Shown one piece after another: positions 51,875 through 64,000 of a DNA stretch of 64,000 bases; within the stretch, counting starts at the first letter, position 1, and every line of letters begins with the position of its first letter. Where the stretch lies: the NCBI GenBank assembly GCA_951406725.2, contig OX597821.1, positions 87,110,001 through 87,174,000 on the forward strand, given 5' to 3'. Source of the stretch: Octopus vulgaris (Eukaryota). A program made the translations under genes and the position numbers. The notes under the pieces are model-generated. The model saw only the letters and a list, made by a program, of their open reading frames with translations. It was not told the origin of the DNA and ran no database searches.

Positions 51875-52066
51875 CCTCGTGTGTACCATTGGCGATTTTT
51901 TTTCCTCTGTCTTCCCTTCTCTGGATCTTTCCTTCTCCTATGTTTCCGACGAAGAGCTCCGCTCGAAACGTTAAACCCTCCTTCTTTCCTGAGCGTCCAA
52001 TAATACTATATTTGTTCCACGTCCTCGCGTTGTTGTGTTTTTTTGTGTTTTCTTGTTTGGATTAAC
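51875..52066 (+). mobile_element. Penelope-like terminal fragment with minimal hammerhead motif
   Basis: Second copy at 54902-55104; ends GGATTAAC(TA)n. Confidence 0.6.
51942..51976 (+). ncRNA. Minimal type I hammerhead ribozyme-like motif
   Basis: GTTT-CCGACGA-A-GAGC(TCC)GCTC-GAAAC-GTT-AAAC: perfect stems I and II, core CCGACGA (one change from CUGANGA), palindromic AACGTT. Confidence 0.6.
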
Positions 52067-52666
52067 TATATATATATATATGTATATATATTCATATATA
52101 TATATTTATTTAGCTTTTTAGTGCATTCAGGTATGAATCTGTCACCTGCTCAAACTTACCTAATTGCAGTTATCTTTCTAATTTCTGACGGTTCTGCTGA
52201 AATCTAAGACCAATGCCATACTTTAACCCTAGTCTCTCAAGCCAATACTTGCTGCCCTTTCAAAGTTTTGTAGACACATGATCATAAAGGAAGAAACTGT
52301 AGGAATAAATCCAGGAAGCAAATAGTGTAAGATATCAATGCTGGATTCCAGCCTTGGAGGAATTGCAATTGGCTTAGACATCAAAGGGACAAGTGGACAA
52401 CAGTTAAGGTAGACAGTATTTGAGGTACCAAGAGGATATCTTCATTTGACTGAGAGGCAAAGCGTTATTCACCATCAATCATTTACCGATTCACTATGTC
52501 CTCTTACTTCTAACCAGGGATGGAGCTAGAAAGTGAGTGGCCTAATTAGAGAATTGTCAGTGGGGTTCCTCTACTCTACAAAAGCTGAAGATTGATGATT
52601 TATGCTTCGTGTAGAACATCAGTCCCAGTCAAAAGGTATCGAGGGCATGAGTCCCCACCATTACCC

Positions 52667-52845
52667 ACATCATCATCATCATCATCGTTTAGCGTCTGCT
52701 TTCCATGCTGGCATGGGTTGGACGGTGAAACTGGGGTCTGGGAAGCCAGAAGGCTGCACCAGGCCCAGTCTGATCTGGCAATGTTTCTACGACTGGATGC
52801 CCTTCCCAACGCCAACCACTCCGTGAGTGTAGTGGGTGCTTTTTA
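52667..52845 (-). mobile_element. RTE 3' end, truncated just before the hairpin array
   Basis: (CAT)n-CGTTTAGCGTCTGCTTTCCATGC...GTAGTGGGTGCTTTTTAC. Confidence 0.85.
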
Positions 52846-54237
52846 CAATACTAAAATTTCATCATTGTGTCCTCTGATCGAGTATGTGTGTGGGGCCCTC
52901 TTATGGCCAGGGCCCAATTTGAACAGATCTATCTAATTGGCTCAAAACTGGCCCTGCTTCTACCACAGCTACACCACTTGCTGCTTCCTTGAACTAACAA
53001 ATTGCAAGACACAAAATTCATTTGGCATTTCTTATGTTGTTACTTTTGCTGTTTCATCTCTCTCAACCCTATTCTAAACACTTTTCCAATTCCATTTCTG
53101 TAGAACTGTATTGTTTCAGAAATCACCTCTCTATTTATGCTTTCTTCAAAAACATGTCGATCATCAATTAAACTATCCTCAACAATGAGTGGCAGGTCTG
53201 CAAAAGTCTATAAGAGATTGATTACTCTTCTTCCTTAGCTATAAAGTATGATGTTAAAAAAAGACGTTAATAAATATTAACATCAAGGAAAGGAAACGTT
53301 GTGGTTTATCAACAGCAACAAAAGCAGTTTTACTTTCAGTTGAGGTAAACATGAACAAAAAAATGCAAACTCTGGTAGAAACAGCCAACTACAAACACAA
53401 GTATCAGTAAAAACTGGCACTAATTCTAGGCACGTAGCTGTCCACCCATATAAGTTCATATCAATTTAGAAATTAAGCTGTAACTAGCAGCAGTAGCAGC
53501 ATCCACAGCAGCAGCATTGTTTTGGGTGGGAGTCATCTTTGGCCAAACAACAGCCAGTTATAGAAAAATAGCAAAGTGGAACTGGATAAGTTTTTTTATA
53601 GTTTCTGTTTTTATTCTCAATGGAGATAACAGAAAATGTTATAATACATTACAATAATCCAATAAATAGCATTATCATTATATTGATAGAGCTCTTGAGA
53701 AATGCCTGAACTACAGACTCTCTCATTCCCTCTTATAAAGTGCAAGGCGCTGTAATTACCGCTGTTAGAAATCATTGATAGCATTAAGGGTATGTGAGTT
53801 GGGACGAATATCAAAGTGTTCCCGGACTTGTTGCTTTATAAATAGTTAGTTCAATGTATTAAAATGCTGAGTTCTAATTATACCAGTGCTTTTATTCTTT
53901 CAAGGTTAGTTAAATTAGTACTTGTAATAAACTAATACTGTTTTATTTGTATATTTTTTTCTTTTTAGAGGAAGGGTTTTGTGACTATGGCTGGGTGATT
54001 AAGAAACTTTCTTTGCAATCATGTAGTCTTGAGTTCAGTCCCCCAGTGCAGCACACCTTGGATAAGTGTCCTCTACTATAGCCCCAGGGGGACCAATGAC
54101 TCATGAGTGAATCTGGTAAATGGAAATTGTGTGGAAGCCCATCATATACATATGTGTGTGTGTGTGTGTGTGTCTGTATGTGTATATAATTTATATACAC
54201 ACGTGCATATATGTTGTTTGGCTAAAGATGACTCCTA

Positions 54238-54341
<104 letters not shown>

Positions 54342-54901
54342 ACAGTTACAATGAATACAGAGATTAGTATATCTGCAAATATTTTTATGTTTCTTCTGTC
54401 AATTATACAACATATTTGGTTTAAATATGACTGACATATGTTTCTGCTGCATTGAGGATTACCGATTGCATCTACACCTAGCTAATTTTATCTATGCAAG
54501 GTCTGTCCACAGATGGAGGTCTGAAGCAAACTGAACCTGGGGGTGGAAAGACACATCCGGTTTGTGGTTGGTGGGAAAAAAGTCAAAAGGAAACTGGGCA
54601 AGGGCCAAGGTAAGAGTTATGTCCCTTGGCACCAAGAAGGCCTCTGGGGTGTTGCAAATCTCCAAAGATTTTCTAGAAATGTGTGTATGGATTAGGAGTT
54701 GGTATTGTTATAGAATTGGAACGTGTGCAGTGGTATTATATGTGTAGTGTCTTTAGAGGGATGGGGTTAGTGGCAGATGTCCCACTAGTGCTCACTCCAC
54801 CCCAGTGCAAAACTGATTGGTAAGATTGGCTGTAATGGACATGTAATTACTGTACACTTTGATTAATGTGTGTGTGTGTGTGTGTGTATATATGTATATA
54901 T

Positions 54902-55104
54902 GTACCGTTGGCGATTTTTCTTTTCCTCCGTCTTCCCTTCTCTGGATCTTTCCTTCTAAAGACACTACACATATAATACCACTGCATATGTTCCAATTCT
55001 ATAACAATACCAACTCCTAATCCATACACACAGTGTCCAATAAAACTACACTTGTTCCATGTCCTCGCGTTGTGTTTTTTTGTGCTTTCTTGTTTGGATT
55101 AACT
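54902..55104 (+). mobile_element. Copy of the 51875 element with the hammerhead segment replaced
   Basis: Flanks align to 51883-51936 and 51996-52066; the middle (54955-55032) is the reverse complement of 54680-54757. Confidence 0.85.
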
Positions 55105-55145
55105 GTATATATATATGTATGTATGTGTAAGGTGAGTGCATGTAT

Positions 55146-55372
<227 letters not shown>

Positions 55373-56311
55373 TGAATATATCCAATGTGATTAAGTGGAT
55401 AACAGTTCTGAAAAAGCTCTCAAAACATCAAAACATTTAGAATGTAGAGTATATGAATATGTATAATTTATAAAAAGAATATCTTACATGTTATAACTTG
55501 TTTCACTACAAGACATAGTTGTTTCTTCAGAGATACGGATTAATATATAAAATTTAATCATTTAAATAGTTAAAGACAAAAAAAACAAATGTTGGAACGT
55601 CAAAACATTAAAACAAAAAATGCAAAAAAGAAAAACCAACAAAACACCCAGAAAACATTAATCAAAAAGAATGAATTAAGCAGAGAGGTAGATGTGCAAC
55701 AATGGAGATAGTGGGAAGCTTGTCAGAGATAATGATAAATGAAGGTGAGGGCTATGAGCAAGAGAGAGAATATAAAAGAAATGAAAAGAAAGAAGTGTGA
55801 ACAGAGTGAGGAGAGATGTAAGAACGAATCCAAGAGCTGTGGTCGTTATGTTATGTATGTTTATGAGGTACAATTAAAACAATAACAAAACTATTAATAA
55901 AATAATTATAAAATTTAAATTAATATTTTGATTCAGAGCCAAAACTCAGAATAAACTGAAGGTTGTTTTCAATAATTACACAGGTCAGAAATTTGCAGTT
56001 TGAAATTAATGCAGTTATATAAGTATTTAATAATTATTTATATCTTGTATATGAAGACAACCATGTATTTCGAGTTATGGAAAGAAGAAAAGTTTCGTTA
56101 AGTTTAGGAAAGAGAATTCAGTTTATATGAAAATTTTCTCGTTATGGCATAATTCATGTATATATAAGTGGAATATATGAGAATCAATGAAATTAATGTA
56201 TTAGACACATCATGTAAGTAGAGAAATAATATTCATATAGATATGACATGGGACACTTCAAATATACATAAAAATACATACACTTACACACACACATACA
56301 TATATATATAT

Positions 56312-56533
56312 ATTTCTTTACTGCCCACAAGGGGCTAAACATAGAAGGGACAAACAAGGACAGACAAAAGGAATTAAGTCGATTACATCGACCCCAGTGC
56401 GAAACTCGTACTTTATTTATCGACCTCGAAAGGATTGAAAGGCAAAGTCGACCTCGGCGGAATTTGAACTCAGAACGTAACGGCAGACGAAATACCGCTA
56501 AGCATTTCGCCCAGCATGCTAACGTTTCTGCCA
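56312..56533 (-). mobile_element. SINE family C
   Basis: Colinear copy inside (TA)n. Confidence 0.9.
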
Positions 56534-56841
56534 TATATATATGCATATTTACGCATATACATATATCATTTCATCATCATTTTAATGTCCATTTTTCCTT
56601 TGCTCACATGGGTCAGGCGGAATTTGTTGAGGCAGTTTTTCTACAGCTGGCTGTCCTTCCTGTTTGCCAACACTTGCCTGTTTCCAAGTGGGGTAACATC
56701 TCCCCATTGCCAGACATTTTCATGGAAGATTGGAAATGAAAGACACTGCCTATGCTTATTTCTGATGCTTATTTACAACCGTCATTCGATCACATAACAG
56801 CAGGGCAAGGAAATGCTAACACACACACACATGCACACACG

Positions 56842-56902
<61 letters not shown>

Positions 56903-57555
56903 ACATACATACATACATACATACATACATACATACATACACACGTGCATGCTGAGGACAGGTCTATTTTGTCTTTGGTTGGATCAGAACTATAGTAGAA
57001 AGCACTTGCTTAAGGTGCTATGCTGTGAAACTGAACATAAAATCATCATCTGGTAGGGAAGCAAACAGCTGAACATACACACACACACACACACACACAT
57101 ATGTCAGGCCATTCTTGAATGCTACTTGTAACAGGCAACCACCCAGTACAACCTGTTATATGGTCAGCAAATAAACCACTAACCAAACCAAGCCTGCTTA
57201 GTGAGGCGGGTGATTATTGGACATCCCAAGGGATGAAAAACAAGACCTGCCAAAGAGCAGAGGAACTCATTAGATTCAACAGCCAGCCAATTGAGATCAG
57301 ATAATCTCATAGTATACTTGTACCAATTGTAGCTGTTAGTAGTAACAAAAAGTGTGAATGGTCCTACAGAAGGCCATTACCACTTTAAACCAGTCACTGT
57401 ATATACATATAAATTAAATGTTTAAATGAAAAAAGAAGAAAGATAATATTAATTTTTTTTTTTATACAATTTAAACCATAAATCTTTCGCAACAAATTGT
57501 ATCAAGTTAGAATAGATATTTTGTTATAAAAATGCCCTTTTCAGGTTTAAAAGAA

Positions 57556-57958
57556 TGCCAGCCCCATCTGGCACCTGTGTCGGTGGCACATAAAAAACAC
57601 CATCCAAGCGTGGCCGTTCGCCAGCCTCGTCTGGCACCTGTGTCGGTGGCACATAAAAAACACCATCCGAGCGTGGCCGTTTGCCAGCCTCGTCTGGCAC
57701 CTGTGTCGGTGGCACATAAAAAACACCATCTGAGCGTGGCCGTTCGCCAGCCTCGTCTGGCATCTGTGTCGGTGGCACATAAAATCACCCACTACACTCT
57801 CGGAGTGGTTGGCATTAGGAAGGGCATCCAGCTGTAGAAACACTGCCAGATAAGACTGGAGCCTGGTGCAGCCTTCTGGCTTCCCAGATCCCCGGTCGAA
57901 CCGTCCAACCCATGCTAGCATGGAAAGCGGACGTTAAACGATGATGATGATGATGATG
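57556..57958 (+). mobile_element. RTE 3' UTR fragment with 4 hairpin units at exact 63-bp period
   Basis: GTGTCGGTGGCAC at 57577, 57640, 57703, 57766; (GAT)n tail. Confidence 0.9.
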
Positions 57959-58325
57959 AATAGCAAACAAAATGCACTCCTAACAAAACAAAACCTTAGA
58001 CATAGTCAGAATGTCATTATCCCAGAAGCTAAGTTTCCTAGTCATGGCTTTCAGTTTCTCAGATCAACTTTCACGAGATCTAAAACAGCTAGAAAGAAAC
58101 GATTGTACTTCATCAAACAACATCTTGTTTGGTGTTGAGTGGCAGTCTCACTTAGATCTCTAAGACTCTGCGTTATGCACTCAGTGTGCAGTACATGCTT
58201 TTGCCGTTCTTTCTCCTCCTCTTTGTCTCCGTCCTTTTACCCTCACCTGCCTAAGTGAAAATGTCTAATTGAAATGAAACCAAAGAGATATTGTTATGGG
58301 TATATACAGAAGCAGTTTTATATAC

Positions 58326-58438
<113 letters not shown>

Positions 58439-58869
58439 GAAATTCAGGGTGAGTACTTGATATATATGTATATATAGATATATAGATATATATACGTATG
58501 TATATATATATACATATATATATATGCATATGTATATATATGCATATATATATATATATATATATATCTTTATTTTTATATACATATATATACATATATA
58601 TATTTCAATGAAAAAATACAAAGAAGCAAGTAGACAATACAAGTGTATTTCTTTTCCATTTTACAATTCATATCATTCATCTTTCAGAAGATCAATGATA
58701 TAAACTGTTAAAAAAGCAAAAAAAAAAAACATAATAAAATACATATTTACTGTCTAGCGTTTTTCTTATTTCATTTAAACATATATATATAGCAGTACTT
58801 CTGTATTGTCCATAGTATGTGTCTTATGCAACGTACATACTTACAAATATCATGTGTGTGTGTGTGTGC

Positions 58870-58909
<40 letters not shown>

Positions 58910-60019
58910 GTATGCATATATATATATGTATATATATATATTACATAGGTATATATTTGCATGTATGTATGTATGTTTGCATGTATGTATGTATGTATGC
59001 ATGTATGTATGTATAAGTACATACATATTTATACATATGTACATGTATATGCATATATATATATATGTATAAGCATATGTATTTATGGGCGTGTGTGTAT
59101 GTGTATGTATATATATATGTTTATATGCAGTTATAAATACATACATGTATACATCTCTCTCTCTCTCTCTATCTATATATATATATATATATATATACGT
59201 ATATTCACACACATATATGCACGTATACATATAGACATGTATGTATGTATGTACGTGTATGTATATGGGTGTGTTCACACACATACAAAATCACATGAAC
59301 GTGTTAACACGTAAATATGAAATTAGTTTTAAAAAGAATCACTTTGTTTAAAATAAAATAAAGTAAAACAATAAAAATAAAAGAATGTAAAATAATGAAT
59401 AAATACAAGCATTTCCTGGTGTTCTTCCGACAGCCAGGCTCTTGAGAAATCTTCTCAGAAATACAGTTGGTATTTAGTCATACATATAGAATTGGTCTAA
59501 CAGTACTAAGCTCTTGGTATTTGCCACTGAATCTAGTGTCTGTATGTATATATGTATGTATGTAATGTGTGTGTATGTATGTATGTATGTATGTATTTAT
59601 GTAATGTGTTTGTATGTATGTATATGTGTATGTATGTATGTGTATATATATTTATATGTCTACATACATATGCACTCACAGTTATAACCATATTCTTACA
59701 CACACACGCACAGACACACACACTTGTATACAGCAACATACATAGATACATACATACATACATACATACATCATACATATATATGTATTATATGTCCATT
59801 TTCCTTTCTGGCATGGCTTGTATTACTGGAAATGAGTGGAGGCCCTTCCTAAAACCAGTCACTATACATAGGGCAAAGGTCACATTTTTTTGTGTGGTAC
59901 TAGCACAAAACTAAAGAACCTCTACCACTGGTTAGGAATAACTGGAGAGATAGGGATGAATTTTGGTGAGGTATTGAGAGACGTTAAAATATGATGGAGA
60001 AATAGATTTATTTAGGCAT

Positions 60020-60173
60020 AGGAGTGGCTGTGTGGTAAGTAGCTTGCTTACGAACCACATGGTTGTGGGTTCAGTCCCACTGCGTGGCACCTTGGTCAAG
60101 TGTCTTCTACTATAGCCTCGGGCCGACCAAAGCCTTGTGAGTGGATTTGGTAGAAGGAAACTGAAAGCCCGTC

Positions 60174-60208
<35 letters not shown>

Positions 60209-61370
60209 TGTATGTATGTATCTATCTATCTATCTATATATATATCATCATCATCATCGTTTAACGTCCGTTTTCTGCGCTAGCACGGGTTGGACGGTTC
60301 GACCGGGGTCTGGAGAGCCAGGGGCTGCTCCAGGCTCCAGTCTGATCTGGCAGTGTTTCTACAGCTGGATGCCCTTCCTAACACCAACCACTCCGCGAGT
60401 GTAGTGGGTGCTTTTTATGTACCACCTGCACAGGTGCCAGAGGGGTCTGGCATTGGCCACGATCGGTTGGTGCTTTTTATGTGCCACCGGCACAGAAGCC
60501 AGTCGGGGCGGTGCTGGCATCGGCCACACTCGGATGGTGCTTTTTATGTGCCACCGGGACAGAAGCCAGTCGAGGCGGTGCTGGCACCACCCACGTTCGG
60601 ATGGTGCTTTTTATGTGCCACCGGCACAGAAGCCAGCCGGGGCGGTGCTGGCATCGGCCACGTTCGGATGGTGCTTTTTATGTGCCACCAGCACAGATGC
60701 CATTCGAGGCGGGGTTGGGATCGGTTACGTCCGGATGGTGCTTTTTATGTGCCACCGGCACAGAAGCCAGTTGAGGCTGCACTGGCAACGGCCATGTTCG
60801 GATGGTGCTTTTTATGTGTCACTGGCACAGGTATCACAACTACTGTTTCCATTGATATTTGGTTCGATGTTCATGTACATGCACTTGACTCAACAGGTCT
60901 CCTCAAGCACAGCGAGATGTTCCGGGATCCAAGGTACTTTGAATGGGCAGGGGGTATGCGGAACTGGTGCCGGAAGCATCCCGGGTCTTAGTAGTCACAG
61001 CACATCTCCAGAGATCTCGGTCCTTCGCCATTGCCTCAGTGAGGCCCAACGCTCTGAGGTCATGCTTGACTACCTCATCCCATGTCTTCCTGGTTCTACC
61101 TCTCCCCCTGATTCCTTCAACAGTTTGGGAGTGGCACTTCTTCACACATATGTATGTATGTATGTGTGTCTGTGTTTGTCACCTCAACATCACTTGACAA
61201 CCAATGCTGGTGTGTTTACATCCCCGTAACTTAGCAGTTCAGCAAAAGAGACCGATAGAATAAGTACTAGGCTTCCAAAGAATAAGTCCTGGGGGTCGAT
61301 TTGCTCTACTAAAAGCAGTGCTCCAGCATGGCCACAATCAAATGACTGAAACAAGTAAAAGAGTAAAAGA
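60020..61370 (+). mobile_element. SINE B split by an RTE insertion in its internal microsatellite
   Basis: 5' half 60020-60175, 3' half 61150-61370. Confidence 0.88.
60243..61148 (-). mobile_element. 5'-truncated RTE LINE: ORF C-terminus plus 3' UTR with 7 hairpin units
   Basis: ORF 60903-61145 VEGIRGRGRTRKTWDEVVKHDLRALGLTEAMAKDRDLWR is the RTE C-terminal motif (G.R.RGRP.K.W...D.....A.DR..WR); hairpins at 60419, 60481, 60548, 60615, 60682, 60749, 60816; (GAT)n tail. Confidence 0.9.
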
Positions 61371-61536
61371 ATACTGTGAGAGGATGGTTGTGGAGAGAGT
61401 AACTGAAAAGACAGTATTGTGGAGTGCGGGGGAGGGGTAGTAATGAAAGAGAAACAGTAAAAGAAATGTGGTGAGAAAGAGAGAGAGATAGATAGGGTGA
61501 ATAGTGGGAGTTATTTTTTCTTCTCTTTTGTCATGT

Positions 61537-61836
61537 GATGGTACCATGTAAAAAGCACTCGTGATGGGTGTCACTTAAAAAGCACTGGTTGGGGTGCCAT
61601 TTAAGGACATTTTGGTAATGGTGTCCTACAAAAAGCACTGGTGCTGGTGCCACGTAGAAAAAACACCCAGTACAGTCTGTAAAGTGGATGGTATTCGGAA
61701 GGGCATCCAGTTGTAGAAACCAAGCCAAAACAGACAATGGAACCTGTTGTGGCTCCCTGGCCCTACCAGTTCCTGTTAAACTGTCCAGCTCATGCCAGCA
61801 TGGAAAACAGACATTAAATGACGATGATGATGATGT

Positions 61837-61897
<61 letters not shown>

Positions 61898-61922
61898 AAT
61901 GATGATGATGATGATAATGATA

Positions 61923-61969
<47 letters not shown>

Positions 61970-62032
61970 AATGATAATGATGATGATGATGATGATGATG
62001 ATGATAGATGATGATGATGATGATGATAATGG

Positions 62033-62067
<35 letters not shown>

Positions 62068-62097
62068 TTGATGATGATGATGATGATGATAATGATG
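61537..62097 (+). mobile_element. Older RTE 3' end with short GGTGCCAC.TAAAAAGCAC repeats and a ~280-bp expanded (GAT)n tail
   Basis: About five degenerate short units at 61537-61670; GCATGGAAAACAGACATTAAAT then (GAT)n 61818-62097. Confidence 0.8.
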
Positions 62098-62447
62098 TGA
62101 ATATAATGAAGTGTTGTACAAAAGAGAGTCGAGAGGGAGCCGACAAAGCACTAGAAGCTATAAGGAGAGGTCACTGGACGTAAGAATAGGATGTTGTGGA
62201 GATAAAGAGAGGGAGATGAGTTGGTGTTGAGGCAGTGGAGAAACTGTGGGGAAAGGGTCAGTGAGAGATAAAAGAGGAGGCTATGACCATTTTCTTCCTT
62301 TTCTATGTGAAGAGAACCTAGAATGACATCATCCAGCATGTTCCTTTCTTAGGCGGTCAGGTGTATCATAAGGGAAAGTTGGCTGTTGTTATTAGCAGAT
62401 CACATTGGCTTAGCCAATAAAATATGTGCCAAGTATTGACGGGGTTG

Positions 62448-62789
62448 AAGGCACGTGGCTCAGTGGTTAGAGCGTCGAGCTTACGATCGTGAGGTTGTCA
62501 GCTCGAATCCCGGACCGGGGTGCGTGTTGTGTTCTTGAGCAAGGCACTTTATTTCACGTTGCTCCAGTTCACTCAGCTGTAGAAATGAGTTGCGACGTCA
62601 CAGGTGCCAAGCTGTATCGGCTCTTGCCTTTCCCTTGGACAACATCGGTGACGTGAAGAGGGGAGGCTGGTATGCATGGGCGACTGCTGGTCTTCCATAA
62701 AACAACAACCTTGCCCAGACTTGTGCCTCAGAGGGTAACTCTCTAGGTGCAAACCCATGGTCAGTGTCTGACCGAAGGGGGTCATTTAA
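62448..62789 (+). mobile_element. tRNA-headed CORE-type SINE with a third tail type
   Basis: A box TGGCTCAGTGG, B-box-like GCTCGAATCC, CORE-like GTGTTCTTGAGCAAGGCACTT...CACTCAGCTGTAGAAATGAG; 15-bp TSD TGACGGGGTTGAAGG (62437-62451 / 62790-62804). Confidence 0.88.
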
Positions 62790-63056
62790 TGACGGGGTTG
62801 AAGGTATCTTCCCTGACGAATTTGTGGACTTCTGTCAATGTGAGAAATGCTTATTGAATGACAGACTCCTCATACTTTGATAATGAACTTGGGAGAGACA
62901 TGAATGCTGCATTATCTCATAATTATGTTTCTCCTGATGGTGAGCTGGCAGAATTGTTAGCATGTTGAATAACATGCTCAATGGCATTTCTTCTGGCTTG
63001 ATATTCAAATCTTGTCGAGGTCAACTTTGCCTTTCATCCTTTCAATATCAATTTAA

Positions 63057-63277
63057 CCCTTTCGATACCAACCTGGCTGAAACTGGCTCACCCTCTATAG
63101 TACAAATGTCTTGTTTTCATAAGTTTTGAATTAAAATCTTCCACCAAGCCTTAGTCACAATTTATGTTCCTAACATTAGCTTAATGATAACTAAGTTATT
63201 TTAATAAATTCTTTGTTATATTTAAACTAACAGAAAGAAACACAGAGCATCTTAAAATATATACGGGAGTGAAAGGG
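63057..63277 (-). mobile_element. piggyBac-type MITE (P2) inserted in an old SINE C (62938-63360)
   Basis: TTAA|CCCTTTC...GAAAGGG|TTAA; SINE C core GCCTTTCATCCTTTC...|...AAGTACCA rejoins across it. Confidence 0.88.
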
Positions 63278-63367
63278 TTAAAAAGTACCAATTGAACACC
63301 GGGGATGATGTGATCAATTAATTCTCTCTCCTTAAAATTGCTGACCTTGTGCCAAAATTAAGAAGTA

Positions 63368-63619
63368 CAGTAGTACCTCGGTTTCCAAACGACTCTGATC
63401 ATGAATAAATCATGCTTTAAATATATATATATATATTTGTTTTTTTTTTCTAATTTATATATATATATATTATATTTTGTGAAATTTGATTTAGTATTTC
63501 TAAATTGAATTTTTCCCTGTAAGTTTGGAATAATATTCCCTCATATCATTATTATATATATATATTGATATAGATATATATAAAGCATGATTTATTCGTG
63601 ATCAGACGCGTTTGTAAAC
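63368..63619. mobile_element. Tigger/pogo-like end with an internal inverted repeat
   Basis: TA|CAGTAGTACCTCGG terminus; arms 63381-63430 and 63572-63619 are reverse complements. Confidence 0.5.
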
Positions 63620-63677
63620 ATATGAAATGAATATGAGAAAGACAGGAGATAAAACACAATATATTTGTGATCAGAGT

Positions 63678-64000
63678 TACTCTTTTACTCTTTTACTTGT
63701 TTCAGTCATTTGACTGTGGCCATGCTGGAGCACTACCTTTAGTCGAGCAAATCCACCCCACGACTTATTCTTTGGAAGCCTAGTACTTATTCTAACGGTC
63801 TCTTTTGCCGAACCGCTAAGTTACGGGGATGTACACACACCAGCATCGGTTGTCAAGTGATGTTGTGGGGACAAACACAGGCACAAACATACACGCACAT
63901 ACATACATATATATATATATATATACACACATACATATATACGACAGGCTTCTTTCAGTTTCCGTCTACCAAATCCACTCACGAGGATTTAGTAGGCCTG
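63678..64000 (-). mobile_element. SINE family B (runs off the window)
   Basis: Tail (CTCTTTTA)n through CAAATCCACTCAC. Confidence 0.9.

Noticed and set aside
60290-61229. 233-aa and 273-aa repetitive ORFs, and the CRISPR-like repeat/spacer look of the array
   Set aside because: They are antisense translations of an RTE 3' UTR array; the 'spacers' are homologous to each other, there are no cas genes and the context is eukaryotic.

Overview
AT-rich, extremely repeat-dense eukaryotic genomic DNA with no intact protein-coding gene that I can support. The SINE families and the density of microsatellites look like octopus (coleoid cephalopod) DNA; this is an inference from pattern recognition, not a database result. 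Nearly all listed ORFs are translations of microsatellites or SINEs. The genuine protein remnants are two RTE-type and one CR1-type LINE reverse-transcriptase C-termini, a decayed Ty3/Gypsy RT and a mariner transposase C-terminus. The window also holds at least four tRNA-headed SINE families (here called A, B, C and CORE-type), TTAA/piggyBac-type MITEs, 8-bp-TSD GG-terminal MITEs carrying (CCCTAA)n, hAT-like MITEs and a complete non-autonomous Helitron. Highlights: (1) several minimal hammerhead-ribozyme motifs of one shared architecture, one of them inside a tRNA-headed SINE-like element; (2) a variable-copy array of double-hairpin 63-67 bp units in the 3' UTR of an RTE LINE family; (3) a copy in which the hammerhead was replaced by an inverted copy of nearby DNA; (4) very long SINE target-site duplications, head/tail swapping among SINEs and a 184-bp SINE concatemer. 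Coordinates were read by eye and element ends may be off by several bases.
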